Shown here: piece after piece, positions 14,134-28,350 of the stretch
Position numbering within the stretch: the first letter of the stretch is position 1
How the letters are laid out: each line of letters begins with the position of its first letter
Assembly: GCA_964016885.1 (NCBI GenBank)
Contig: OZ024742.1
Span: 21,452,001 to 21,516,000 of the forward strand
Source: Eledone cirrhosa
Taxonomy: Eukaryota
Direction: 5' to 3'
DNA length: 64,000 bases
Program-made: the position numbers and the translations under genes
Notes under the pieces: model-generated
What the model was told of the DNA's origin: nothing
The model's input: the letters and a program-made list of their open reading frames with translations, nothing else
The model's database searches: none

Positions 14134-17100
14134 TGAGTCTCAGTCATTGATGTTAGTTAACTGGAAAGTTTGTTGAAATGAATATCAAGCCACTACCTGC
14201 AGCCTCAGATATTCAGGACGTATCGGAGGCTTCTTGCTGTTCCCACAAGCATGCCTTTTGAAGCGTTCCAAAAAGCGTGAAGGGGCCAATTTTCTTTAAC
14301 CATCCCAGGAAACTTTTTGAGATAGTACCTAGTGCGCCTATGACAATCGGGACCACTTTGACTTCATGGCAGTTTCAAATCCTTTTTACCTCCCACTTTA
14401 AGTCCTGGTATCGGTTAATTTTCTCTCTCTCCTTCTCTTGCACTCTCGTATCGAATGGGCAGGCCACAATCAGGCTCGATCTTTTTTCTTTGTCCACAAC
14501 CACCAGGTCAGGTCTATTGTGTTCCAGTTTCTTGTCCGTCTGTATCCTAAAATCCCACAGCACCTTCACCTGATCGTTTTCTATCACCGACTCTGACTTA
14601 TGCTCATACCACTTCTCAGAATGTGGTAAATTGTTTACTTTGCATAGGTGCCAGTGGATCACCCTGCCCATCACACATGTCTCCAGCCCTTATAGTGAGT
14701 CTGGGCTAGGTGTTTACACTCGGATACAATGTGAGCCACAGTCTCCTCTCTCTCTCCACAGATCCTGCACAGTGGGCTAGCCTCCTCCTTGTAAATATGG
14801 TGTTTTAACCACTTCGTTTTGAGGGTCTGCTCCTGCGCAGCCATTAACATTATTTCTGTAGCCTTTTTAAGGTCTCCTCTTTTCAACCAGTTCCATGTCT
14901 GTGGATCTCTAAATTCCGTTTTCTCAAAGAAGGTACTATGAAGGGATTTTTCCTGAAGGCTGCTATTTCTCCTTGATGTTATTTCCTCCTTGGACATCCC
15001 CTGGTCTATTGTCGCCTCCTTCAGTACATTTCTGAGCATTGGCTCCTTACTATCAGTCACGTATTTGTGTAGGTTGTTTTTCTTCATCTGAACACAGTCC
15101 TCTATGCTGATAAGACCTCTTCCACCTTCAGAACTCCTTAAGTAGAGTCTATCGACATCACTCCTCTTGTGGAACATGTTGTAGATAGTCAATAGCTTCC
15201 TAGTCTTCCTATCCATTTCTTTTTGTTCAGCAACATTCCATCTCAGAATTCCCACACTGTACCTAATAATAGACACAGCTCGGGAATTTACTGCACTTAT
15301 GGCATTCCTACTGTTCAGATGTGACTTTAATACGCTCCTTACTCTCCGAATGTATTCAGTTCTTATCAATTCCTTCATTTTTTTGTTCTTGATGTCATCA
15401 GCCTCCAGAATACCCAAATACTTGTATCCTTCTTCAGAGTCAATTTCCTTTATCATCTCACCTGTTGGTACCTGGATTCCGTTACTTCTGCTCAATTTAC
15501 CCCTCTTCATCACAATGACTCCACACTTACTAATACCAAATTGTATACATATATCATTGCTGAAAATACGGACAGTGTCAACAAGCACATACAACTCTTT
15601 CTCACTCTTCCCGAATAGCTGAAGATCGTCCATGAAGAGGAGGTGATTGATGGTAAGCCCTCCCTTTCCCAACCTGCATCCTGCCCTCACTTTTCGCAGT
15701 ACACTGGTCGGGGGAATCAGGGCAAGGACAAACAACAGAGGGGACAGACTATCTTCCTGGAAGATACCTCTCTTGATCTTCACGCTTCCCAAGGATTCTC
15801 CAGTTGATGTTAACTCTGTTTCCCAGGACTTCATACTTTTGCCCAACAACTGTCTGATGTTATCTGCCACCTTGAAGATCTCCAGGTTTTTGGTAATCCA
15901 AGAATGTGGCACCATGTCTAATGCCTTTTTGTAGTCTATCCATCCCATGGCAAGACCAGTGTGTCTCCTCTTGCAATTCCTCATTACCATCTTATAAATA
16001 AGTAACTGGTCTTTTGAACCACGTGACTTCTTTCGACATCCTTTCTGTTCGTCCAGTACCAAGTTGTTTGTGTGGAGGTGATGGTAGATTTCCTCAGACA
16101 TAATGCTTGTCAACAGTTTCCACATTACGGACAGACATGTGATAGGTCTATAGTTGGTAACATCATTACCTTTGATTCGGTCTTTCATTATCAGAACTGT
16201 GGTACCTTTTGTCAACCACTCTGGTACCTCACCTGACATCAAGCAGTCATTGAACATGGTTGTCACTTTCGGGTGGAGGGATGTTATATATTTAATCCAA
16301 TACCCCTGCACACCATCTGGGCCTGGTGATTTCCAGTTGGTTAGATTTTTGACCTGCCCCTTAAGAGTTTCAACTGTGATACTCAAATCAGTTTGTTCGT
16401 GTGCCTGTTCACTAATCTCCTTCTGTACTGTCTCAATCCACACTGCCTGGTCATTATGTTTAACATCCTGCTCCCATATTCCTCTCCAGAATGTTTTAGT
16501 TTGTTCCGCCTCAGGGATCAAGTCGTTGCCTCTTTCTTTCCCTTCAAGCTGTCCAAACAGCATCTTGTGGTTGTTGTCGAACATGTGGTTCTGTCTATAC
16601 TGACTGACGCTGTTCTCGTATCGCCTGATTTTCGCACTCTTTGCTACAATGCGTTGCTTCAGTTCCTCTATGATAATATTTAGCTTTTTCTTCCTAGTTT
16701 TGTATTTTATTTCCAGTCTATTTTTAGTGTCTATGTTTTTTAGTGTCCCATTCAGTAGGGACACAAGCTTTCCAATGTCATTTCTCATTTCCCTGATTTG
16801 ACCACACAGTCTTTTCTTCCACCAAGGCTCTGATCTTTCTTGTCTGTTGTTTCCTCTCGCTTTTATACCAAGTAGTTTCCTCACCGTATTTGCTGTTGCT
16901 TTGAGGATATTGTTGCACTGGTGAAGGCTCCTCGCCTCAAGGTATGGGATGACTTTGTTTACCTTAGCTGTTGTTTCTTTTAACTTTTTCCTGTCTACAA
17001 ATCTTAGTTTCATAGGTTTCACACAATCATTGTTCAATTCATCTACCACTTAGTTTAGGATATCAACCAAATCTTGTCCTAGCCCGTCAGCATTCATCTC

Positions 17101-17654
17101 CTCAGTGGCCGTATCTCTGTTCCAGGTATTATTTATCTCAGCATTCAGATCATTATCTGCTTCGGGTGGTTCCTCCGTTCTCTCGACCTCTTCACCTTCA
17201 TTTCCCACTGGCTCGTTTGCCTGGCATACTCCACTCTCCATCTCCAAGCTAATCTCTCTGCTCAGTTCCTCCAGTTCCAGCTCGCTTATCCACCCATTAG
17301 TTCTTATTACCCGAGCCTGCCCGGCCAATTTTTGTTCATCTAATTTAAATAGACTAATCTCGTTCCAGATGTTATGCATCCGTTTCCTATAGCCTTTCTC
17401 CTTGGGGTTACACTTCAGGTAACATTGCATAACAGTTATATTCAATTCTTTCGTCCAGTTGGTTCTGGTCCCTTTCCTTCTTCTTCTTCCTCCGACACCA
17501 GCAGTACTTGGTTGACAGCCAGGTCCCTGCTGCTGAGCCAGGGAGCACCTGTTGGGTGAGAGTCTGTCACATGAAATTCTAGTCTTCATTTCACCGTTAT
17601 TCGAACTGTTTAGGTTCGACATTTAAACACTCTTATCGAGGATTGGCGAATGTA
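14132..17654 (-). mobile_element. R4/Dong family A, near full-length degenerate copy 3
   Basis: ORFs 17050-17622 and 14671-17049 are one frame split by a TAA. There is a 1-nt deletion at ~14675 and a further stop at 14375. The N-terminus has WTKELNITVMQCY. Confidence 0.9.
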
Positions 17655-18830
17655 TGGTTACATAACCACTGGTGATTTCATCACCTCCGATGATTTCGTC
17701 ACTCCCGGTGATTTTTGTGTGGCATTATCACGCTGAAGACGAACATAGATAAACAAACAAACAGGCAAAAAAAAAAAAAAAAATGAATAGGCATAAGTTT
17801 CATTGTAATGTAATGTTTGAATGTCTGACTTAGTTTTTCCCTTCCCTTCTCTGTCCGTCTGTTTATTTTTCTCTTCATTTTTCTTTTCTTTACGTTTTTC
17901 GTTGTTGCTGTGCTGCTTTGATTTTGATTTTTGGTTTCTTGATTTTGACCGGGTCAACAATTCAGTCTATTTATATATTTTCATGCCTTCCTCTTTTAGT
18001 GGGGACACTACGATGTAGCAGGGCGTAGCGGGAGAGAATAGCGGCGGTAGTGATAATGAGGCAGTGGTGGTGGTGGTGGTGGCGGTGCTGTGCTAGCAGC
18101 ACATAGCAGGAGGTAGTGGGAGAGAATAGCAGCGGTAGCGATAATGAGGCAGTAGTGGTGGTGATGTGATCGTAGTACTGTAGTGATGGTGTTGAAGTTG
18201 GAGTAGAAATAGCGCTTGAGGCGACTTGACCATAGTTTTCATCGTGGTAGTGGTGGTGGTGTTGGTGGTGAAATTATCTTTAGCTATTTAGTTATTTAGT
18301 CATTTTGCCATTTTTCTCCTTTTCGACTCTAACATTCCTGATCCAAAATTAAATATTATTCTTGTTTATTAATATTGTCTAGTGATACCGCCACCTTCCC
18401 CTTTCGTAAGTTAACAGAAGGTAATGGGGAAATAGCGGTGGTAGCAATGAAGGAGTGGTGGCGGCGGTGATGGGATGGTGGTAGTAATGATGGATGGGTG
18501 GTGGCGGCGGTGACTGTAGTGATGGCGTTGTTGTTACTGAGTGTTGTTGAATAGACTGTATTTTTGTTTGATCGGTGAATCTATGGGGTTAGTCGCGTAT
18601 ATGTGTTGACATATTTTCTTAATATTGGAATTAAACATTTTGTGAAAACTTGAGACAATAATAATAGTAATTATAATTATTATGCTGGGATTAGTGGTGG
18701 TGGTGGTGAAATTGCCGTTATCTGGCTGTTGTATTTAGTGTACACAGAGGAGTGATGGGGCAGGTGGTGTATCTAGTTTGTGGTGTTGGTGAAATTGCTG
18801 TTATTTGGCTGTTCTATATAGTGTAGACAG
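17655..18830. repeat. Possible DNA-transposon terminus (GGTTACATAACC plus 3 GRTGATTT subterminal repeats) followed by GGT/AGT-rich imperfect repeats
   Basis: Repeated motif at 17671-17715. Imperfect direct repeats at ~18017-18080 and ~18105-18165. No matching second terminus was found. Confidence 0.3.
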
Positions 18831-19100
18831 AGGGGGTTTTCTTCCATTTATAACCATTTTCTTTTTTGAATGTAAAATGTATATTACAAAATTGAATATT
18901 TGAGCGATATAACAATATATTATGGATCCGAATCTTCCTGAGGCTTGAGTCGGATGCTTTATGCATCATTTGTACTAGGAATTATTATTTCACAATTGAT
19001 TTAAATATGTTAAAATCAAAAACTTCCGGGAGCGATTTCATGACCTTCTTTCTACCATGTGCGTCTTCTTCCCTATTATTATTATTATTATTATTATTAC

Positions 19101-22100
19101 AGTTGCATTTATCTTGCTTTATGTTCATACGAGTTATCACCAAGTCACAACCAGTGACCTCAAGAGACAACAAGGTCCGCCATGTTCAAGAAAGAACATA
19201 CATATTCACACATGCATCTTTAGTGTTTAGACTTGTGATGTACTCATATTGACAGAATCTTCCTTAGTATATGGGCAGTTCCCATTAGTACTATCTTTTG
19301 TATTTCTCCTATACGCGGGTTTCCTGGGATTTGCGATAAGTAATCATTAGCCCCCTTAGGTATCATTCCCAGAGCGCCTACAACCACTGCTATTGTTTTA
19401 GTTCTCAATTTCCACATTTTTCCAATTTCTATCTCCAGGTCCTTATACTTGCTCAATTTTTCAATGTTTTTATAGATACATTCTTGTCTATTGGAACAGA
19501 CATATCAATTAGCAGGCATACCCTCTTTTGAAAGTCTTTCAATATTATATCAGGTCTGTTTGCATCTATTTTTCGGTCTGTTTGGATGCTAAAGTTCCAC
19601 AAGATTGAGATGTGATCTTTTTCAAGTATGGGAGGTGGTTGATGCTACCACCAATTCTTTTGATGGGGCAGGTCAAAATGCTTACACATTATCCAATGTA
19701 TGTATTGTGCAGCTCTGTCATGCCTGTTTAGGTATTCGGTTGGAGCTATAGGACTGCACATTGAAATTATATGGTCAATGGTCTCTGGTTGTTTTTTGCA
19801 TACACGGCATAATGGGCTGCACCCATTTTTTATTATGTTGGGTTGGTAATTTTTTGTTGGCAGACACTGGATCTTGTGCCGATATAATCAGTCCTTCAGT
19901 CTCCGATTTCAGTCCAGAGGATGCCAACCACTGATGGGTTAAAGTTTTGTCAACATCAGGATTGTTAGCTCGCTCTGGGTATTTTCCATACAGAGGCTTT
20001 TCTTGCCATTTCTTAGCCAGTTTCTGTAGCAGTTCTTTCTTTGCAGTTACTTTTACCTGCTTTGCTTTTTCTGTGTTTTCCATTTCAGCAGTAAATGGGA
20101 CTTCTGAAATTTGTAGTCCATTACTGTATCTTTGTGCATCTTTTGTAATGGAATATGATCTTTTGATGCTTTCGTGTTTTAAAACGAGTTTGATCATCCA
20201 ATCATGTGATACCCTTAGATATGTAGATAATCCAATTGTTGCAGTTTTCAACGCAATGTCTAACTGGATTAACCCACGTCCTCCTTCTTCCCTAGGGAGA
20301 TATATTCTATCTATATCTGCCTTAGGGTGATGCATTCTGTGCATGGTTAAGAAGTTTCGAATTTTTGTATCGAGCCTACGGATCTCTGTGCTTGACCAGT
20401 TGATGACATTGTAACTGTAGGTTACTACTGGTATGGCAAGCGTGTTTATGGCATCGATCCTATTCCTTGCATTCAATTCCGTTCTTAAGATTGCTCTTAC
20501 TCTGCGGTAACATTCCTTCCTTATCCTTTCCCTCATTGTCGAGTGCTTGATTCCGTCTCCTTCACAAACACCTAGATATTTGTAAGTTTTTTCTTGATCA
20601 AGTTCTCTTATCACGTTCCCCCGATCAAGATTAATGTCTGAACTCTTCAGCAGCTTTCCTCTGGTGAACGTTGCTTTGGCGCATTTATCTAGTCCACACT
20701 CCATTTTAATGTCATCACTGAACTGTTTCACAGTGGATAATAGCCCTTGCAATTGTTCATCATTTTTTGCAAATAGTTTCAGGTCATCCATGTAGAACAG
20801 GTGATTAATGGTTTTGTCATAGACTTTATATCCATGTTTTGTTTCATTGAGCATTTTACTTAATGGTATAAGTGCGATGCAGAATAAAAGCGGTGATAAA
20901 GAGTCACCCTGAAAAATTCCACAATTAATATTAACTTCTCCAGCTTCCAGTGATTTTGTTTCACTATTCAAAAGGAGTGTCGTTTTCCATGTCTTCATAC
21001 TGAATGACAAAAACCTCCTGACAACGGGGGATATTTTGAAAATCTCTAAACATTTTTCAATCCAAATGTGTGGCAAACTATCGAATGCTTTTTTATAATC
21101 TATCCAAGCAATCGATAGATTTTTGTGTCTATTATGACAATCTTCCAGTATCATTTTGTTAACCAGAAGCTGATCCTTACAGCCATATGAGCCTCGTTTA
21201 CACCCTTTCTGCTCAATGGGAAATAGGTCATTTGTTATCAGGTGGTCATATGTGTATTCAGTTAGGACTGATGTTAAAATTTTATACATTGTGGTCAAGC
21301 AAGTTATCGGTCTGTAATTTTTGGGATTGTTTGTCTCATCATTCTTCGGAAGCAGGAATGTAATGCCGTTAACTAGCCATGAAGGTATCTTTTCTGGCTC
21401 CTTAACTATTTCATTGTAAAGTTGGGCTAACAGCTCATGACACTCTGTGAAGGCATTTATCCAAAAGTTTTGTATTTTGTCTTTTCCTGGGGATTTCCAT
21501 TTGCTGGTTTTTCTTAGAGCCAAGCGCAACTGTTCAACTGTTATATTTTCCCATGTTTGTTCCTCAAGGTGAGCTGTATCTTTCATTTGTCTGTCTATCC
21601 ATGGGGCATGTATGTTATGTACTTTTTCTTCGGCCCAGATCTTTTCCCAGAATTCTTGCACTTCCTCCTTGGGTGGTATTGATTTAGCAGTTATTGTTGA
21701 CTTACCAATTTTTCTGTAGAAGTTTCTTTGGTTGTTTTTGAACATATTATTGTCCTTATAGAATCTAGATCGTTTTTCAAAGCGCCTTATACGAGCAGCT
21801 TTGGCCGACACTTTTTGCTTGATTATTTCTATCAGCATGTCTATGTCACATGTTGATTTTATACTGTACTTTTTTTTCAATTTTCTAAGTTTAGTTTGTT
21901 TAACATGTTCACCTACTTTATAGTTTGTTAAAATTTCTATGTCAGATCGGAGAAGGTTTATTTGGCGATTGATGTTCTCTTGCCAAGTAGATTTCTTGTG
22001 GGAATTCCTTTGTTTTTTCATCTTCACTCCACATAAGTGAGTGGTGACTTTAGCCGCTGCATAATAGAGATGATTTAAATCAGTAATGTTTAGTTTGTTT

Positions 22101-22770
22101 GTGATGATAATGTTTTTGAGAATTATGTTAGTCTTGTGTACTATCTTTTGGTTCTGTTTGGAGTTCTGGATCTTAGGGAGGGTGTCTCGTTGCCCCATGT
22201 CAGATTCTTTCATTTTCATCCATTCGATCATAATTTCATTCTTCAAGTTGGCAAGTTCATTCTCATTCATTTCTTTATCATTTACGATCTCATTATTTTC
22301 ATTTGGAGTTTCATCCTGAGCATGCACTCCCTCCACTTTTTCGATCCTTTCTTTAATTTGTTCGGTTGCCAGTGATTCCGCCCCAACCCTGCGATTCGAA
22401 GTGTTACAGTTTACCTCGTTTTCACTGACACATGTTTCATTTTCCCTTCGCTGACTTTGTGCTAATAGCTTGATCTGATCAATTTCTATATCAGTTAGTA
22501 ACTTTTTTCTTACAATATTTCTTCGTATATTGGCTAGTTTGTTACTGTCAATATAGCCTCTGTTTTCGGGATGTTTCTTTTTCCAGTTGATATATGTCTG
22601 TTCTGTATTCGATGTATTTGATGGGTAGTACATGGCAGTGTAGAAAGCCTCAAGGACTTCTTTATTATCTTCCCTTGACCATTTTTCTCTCTTTTCTTTT
22701 GGATTTCTTGGTGGTGAGCATGGAGGGCCATTATTTTTTTTCTTCTTCTCATAATCAATATTATTATCAA
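19101..22770 (-). mobile_element. R4/Dong-type LINE, family B, near full-length with lesions
   Basis: ORF 19775-22633 (KSPGKD, YRPITCL, GIFQGDSLSP, YMDD). A +1 frameshift at ~19870 (AQDP instead of AQDQ) and a TAG at ~19646. The RLE end is ORF 19244-19456. (AAT)n flanks. Confidence 0.9.
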
Positions 22771-22821
22771 TATTATTGTTGTTGGTTGTTGTTATTATTA
22801 TTATTTTTATTATTATTATTA

Positions 22822-23407
22822 TAGTTGCATTTATCTTGCTTCATGTTCATACGAGTTATCACCAAGTCGCAACCAGTGACCTCAAGAGAAAACAAGGTCC
22901 GCCATGTGCAAGAAAGAACATACATACACACACATGCATCTTTAGGTGTTTAGACTTGTGATATACTTATATTGACAGAATCTTCCTTAGTATATGGGCA
23001 GTTCCCATTAGTACTATCTTTTGTATTTCTCCTATACGCGGGTTTCCTGGGATTTGCGATAAGTAATCATTAGACCCCTTAGTTATCATTCCTAGAGCAC
23101 CCACAATCACTGGTATTGTGTTAGTTCTCAATTTCTACATTTTTACAATTTCTATCTCCAAGTCTTTACATATATCATTGCTGAAAATACGGACAGTGTC
23201 AACGAGCACATCCATCTCCTTCTCACTCTTCCCAAAGAGCTTAAGATCGTCCACGAAGAGGAAGTGATTGATGGTAAGCTCTCCCTTTCCCAACTTGTAT
23301 CCTGCTCTCACTTTTCGCAGTATAATGGTCAGGGGCATCAGGGCAATGACAAACAACAGAGGAGACAGACTATCTCCCTGGAAGATACGTCTCTTGATCT
23401 TCACGCC
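22822..23407 (-). mobile_element. Chimeric insertion: family A RT fragment fused to family B 3' end
   Basis: 22822-23168 matches 19101-19446. 23167-23407 matches family A RT (~5730-5970 and ~15546-15786). (AAT)n on both sides. Confidence 0.85.
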
Positions 23408-23439
<32 letters not shown>

Positions 23440-23440
<1 letters not shown>

Positions 23441-23665
23441 GGAAAGGGGCAGTGGATTGGCAGCATCAGTTGAACGTCAGACAACATGTTTTACGGCCCT
23501 TTACGTTCTGAGTTCAAAACCGCCGAAGTTAACTTTGCCATCACCATTACGGGGTCGATAAAATAAAGCATCAGTAACGTACTGGGTTCGATTTAATCGA
23601 CTTTCCCTTCCCCCTAGTTGCTGGAATTAAGCCTAAATCATAAACCTTTAACATTACTATTATTA
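23440..23665 (+). mobile_element. tRNA-derived octopus-type SINE; a second tandem copy follows at ~23670-23866
   Basis: A-box-like TGGCAG, B-box GAGTTCAAA, body GTTAACTTTGCC..GGGGTCGATAAAATAAAG, and an (ATT)n tail. Confidence 0.8.
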
Positions 23666-25450
23666 TTACGATGGTGGATTGGCAGTGACGGTGGAGGGTC
23701 GGATGCCATGCTTTGCATGATAGAATTACGGCCTTTTACAGTATGAGTTTAAATCTCGCCGAGGTTAACCTCTTTCATCCTTACGAGGTCGATGAAATGA
23801 AGTACCAGTAATACACTGGGATAATTGCTGGCCTTGTGTCAAAAGTAGAAACAATTATCATTATTACGATGGTGAAGAAAGGAAGATATTTCTTTGAAAA
23901 TTTGAACTATTCATCCCAACGGAAATCTAGAGAAGAACGTGAGTCAATTACATTGCTGTTACTCTCTCAGTTGCAAATATAATCCACACGAAGTAAATAG
24001 TTTTATTTTATTCACTATATGGAATACTTTCTTTCTTCGCTGCTCTGCAATGACTTTGGAATGTTTACACGAAATTATTTCTACAAACATTGCAAAACGA
24101 TCAACCAACAATTCCAGTTTCAGGTTTTGCTGCAGAATAATTACTATTTACTGAACTATTCAGAAATGTTCTTCTGCATTTGCAGCACAACATTTCTAGA
24201 CATTAAAAGGGGTTATTGACTACATGTCACATTCATAAAGGATTTTAAAGGATTTAAACGTGTCACCAATATTTTCTGATAACTACTCCTTCGTGTACTA
24301 TTCTTCATGCATTCTGTTACACATACACAACCCCCCCACACACAAACACACACACACATTTAGGACTATATTTGTGTGTAAATTAAAATCACACTTCACT
24401 TCATCTTAGGTCACACATTTTACATAAAGCTTACACTTAGAATAAATACATGTTACATGCTCATGCTGGTGTTTAAATATCGATCGGAGTACACCTCATC
24501 AAAGGTCCATATTGTTGTAAATGTAATTATCTTGAAAGCTTTCAGAAACAAATGCATTCGTAACGTCTTAAAACATTTTATTTCTGGAATGAAAACATTT
24601 GGTTTCAATCATATTTTTCACCCCAAGGAGAGTAATTCGAATGTCATATTGGTTCCCGGTTCATATCTTTAAAATAACAATGTTGATGAATTTGTTAATT
24701 CTCCTTTTTATCTTATTAATGGGGTTTTGCCCTCTGTGAGGTTTGATGTCACAATACGAATCCTATCTTAAAATCATTACTAGTTCTTTGGATGCTAAAG
24801 TACTGATACATCCAGTACATTTGAGTGATTTCTAATAAGCTGATATTCTGTTAGTCACACATCAATATGTATTTCTTTTTAGTAGCAGGAAAACTTTACA
24901 TGTCGGATGCTTCTATTTTGACGTTTCAATTGGGCATGTAAAGGGCAGATAAGGCGAAATTGTCTGAATGCCTCTGATCCAAAAAGGTGCTGTCTCTTCA
25001 GCTTGCTTTTCTATCGTTCTAGATTTGTTAACAGCTTGCTGAAAGTACTCAGTTCAACGTAGCTCATATATTCTCAGCCAGCCTCCTTTATGACTTCATA
25101 TACCAGATATTTCTATCCAGAATGTCATATTCTGAAAATATCTCCTGCATATGTTTTTCTTGCAACCGTCAATCTTGCAGTCGGTAACCACCAGCTCCTA
25201 TACAGAAGCATATTATTCGACTGTCTCTGTGAAGAAGAAGAAAACGAAACAAGAAAGCTGGAGGAGGAAAATAAAACAATATTTTTGATTTCTATTCATA
25301 TTCCATATGACTTTACTGTAAAAAACAATATATATATATTTCAGGTAGACGCGCTCCATCATACACTTTTCTAAGAAATAAATCATACACAAAACGCCAG
25401 CAACAACAGTTTTGCAAGAGATGTCAACATGAATGGACCTGTTTATTTTT

Positions 25451-25631
25451 ATCTAAAGACATTTTTCCAATTCCAACCCGCCTGTCCCCTCAATTTATCT
25501 TATTTCTCATTCTTTCTTCCGATGGAGGACAAGCGTCCGAAACGTTAAGAACCTCTGCCTGATATATCAAGCGTTAACCTAATATATCCCTTCCATATAC
25601 TGTACCGGTTGTATTGCTATTTGTGTTTACC

Positions 25632-25636
<5 letters not shown>
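25451..25636 (+). mobile_element. Hammerhead-bearing repeat; paralogue at ~31507-31695
   Basis: TCTT-CCGATGG-AGGAC..GTCC-GAAACGTT-AAGA at 25515-25550 and TCTT-CTGATGA-AGGAC..GTCC-GGAACGTT-AAGA at 31572-31607. Each copy has a different core mutation. Confidence 0.7.
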
Positions 25637-25693
<57 letters not shown>

Positions 25694-25728
25694 ATATATA
25701 TCTTTTAGAGAAGAAGAAATATATATAT

Positions 25729-25793
<65 letters not shown>

Positions 25794-26638
25794 AATACAT
25801 TTCAACTATGAAATTCTTTTTACATCTACTTTGTCTATTTAATCATCCAACGATGAAATTCCATTTCGAAAGTTTTAAATATAGTTTATATTTTACTTGG
25901 TATGAAATTATATTTATGAACGTTAAGAAAATACATTAACAAAACATGCTTAAATAAAGCTTCTTTCTTAAATACTGATTGTTTCTTACTAATGCTCTCA
26001 CATTAGTGTCTTACAAGTAAACATTGCTTTTTCTGTTTTGTAGTTTGTTGAAATTATTTTCCTATTTGACAGAGTAATAGACTTCAGAAAACTTCGACAT
26101 ATTTCGCTGCTATTTTCCACCTAACATTTTCACTATTCTATGTAATAATCATTTTACTAGTTGATATTTGGGTCTATGTTCATACAGTTTGACGTACACG
26201 GAAATTCCCTTTCAGTGTAATTATCAGTAAATCAGAAAATAATTTATGTCTGCAGTGTTTTGTTATTCTTAAGTTGATCTAGTTTATATTCATACATGAG
26301 TAACTATGACAAACAAAACTACGTTTTTATCATTTTTAGATATATTATAGAAATATATAACATTCAATAATTTGATGGAATAGGAACATGAAGCTTTCTA
26401 ACAGTTCAATCTGCAAGTATCGACTATATTCCTTTATTTTAAATGAGATAGATCTTCTGTATAAAGCAATGAACATCATATATAAATTGTTCATCAATGT
26501 TTTCAGTTGTTGCAAAATGAAAGAAAAAAATGAAAATTTCTATAGAGAGGAAATTAAGTTGTTATAATGTTGGCAGTTCTTTCGCGAGAAAAAATACACA
26601 CATATACACATACGCTCATACATACATACATGCACGCA

Positions 26639-26690
<52 letters not shown>

Positions 26691-27058
26691 TACGTATGTA
26701 CTTAAAAACATACATGCATACATACATGCACGCATACATACATATATACATATATATATACATATATATATATATACATATATACGTACGTACTTAAATA
26801 CATACATGCATACGTACGTACATACATACATACGTCCGTATATATATATATATACATATATATACACACATCAACAAGCGAGTACTATTAGCAACTAAGT
26901 CACTAGTAATGTGTAACGTGTCCTTTATTCAGTGATGTTTAGCCTTCTTATATTCATGTGTACCTGCGTATCCGTATATGTGTGTATGTATGCATATGTT
27001 TTTCTATATATATGTATCTATATGTGTATATATTGGCAACATGACCCTCCCAAAGTAT

Positions 27059-27132
<74 letters not shown>

Positions 27133-27159
27133 TTATATAAATATATGTGTATACATTTC

Positions 27160-27190
<31 letters not shown>

Positions 27191-27525
27191 ATGTGTTTGT
27201 ATGCGTGTGTGTGTGTATGTGTATGTATAATGTGTGAGTGTTCATGAACACTATAATGCAAAACATCAAATGAATTTATCCATAAAATACATTTATGTGT
27301 TGGTGGGCGACTCGTATGTGTGAGTATATATTATTGAATCGGGAAAAAATATTGCTTTTCAATATTGCTTTTTATCGTTTCTTGCGTATTACGATAATAG
27401 GAATCTATTTGAACTCACGAAAAGTAAAGAGCAAAAACAAGAAATTTGTCTGTCGGCGTTGATGGAGCTGGTCGATGAATCTGTCTATAGGTGTGACTGA
27501 TACTTACATACATATGTATATATGA

Positions 27526-27613
<88 letters not shown>

Positions 27614-27959
27614 TTGTATATGTATATATATGTGTGTGTGTGTGTTTGTATATGTATATATATGTGTGTGTGTGTGTTTGTATATGTATATATATATGTG
27701 TGTGTGTGTGTGTGTTTGTGTGTCTAACTATCGAATATCTGTCAAAGCATGCATCACTTGTATATCATCGTTGCCATTTAGGGCAGATCTTCATCTGATT
27801 CAGCTTTCACAGTGACATACAATATGTATTGGCTTAATCGTACCAATATCAAACGAAGTATTTACCGTATTTACCTTGTTACATGTATATCTAAATGTCA
27901 TTCTCTTTCATCGCTTCTCCCACTCTTTGATACCCTTAATCCCTATATAATATTTTCTA

Positions 27960-28350
27960 GGGTGCTGGGTTGACAATATCGGTACAGTGTTGGATAACAT
28001 GCATAGAAGCATATAATTACGGCCCTTTACGTTCTGAGATCAAATACCACAGATGTTAGCTTTAGTTTTCATCCTTACGGGGTCGATAAAGTAAAGTTCC
28101 AGTCAAATACTGGAATGAATATAATCGACTTTCCCCTTCCTCGAAATGTTTACCCTTGTACCTAAATCAGAAACCATTACATCCTCACTATCTAGAGCGA
28201 TAGATTGGCAGATTCGCTAGTGCGATGAATAACATATGCTGCAGTATTTCGTATAGTTGTTTATGTTCTGCTTTCATATACCAGAAAGTACCAGTCAAGT
28301 ACTAGGATCGATTTAATTCCCTTCAGAAATGTTGACCTCGAGCAAATATT
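27960..28350 (+). mobile_element. Two degenerate tandem SINE copies
   Basis: TTACGGCCCTTTACGTTCTGAGATCAAA..TCATCCTTACGGGGTCGATAAAG matches the SINE at 23440. Confidence 0.7.

Noticed and set aside
17623-17740. Possible HDV-like ribozyme at the R4 5' end
   Set aside because: No nested double-pseudoknot pairing was found; the region looks interrupted by an unrelated repeat terminus.
4455-22375. Numerous short ORFs antisense to or overlapping the LINE ORFs
   Set aside because: Shadow frames of RT coding sequence, repeated with each copy and lacking independent motifs.
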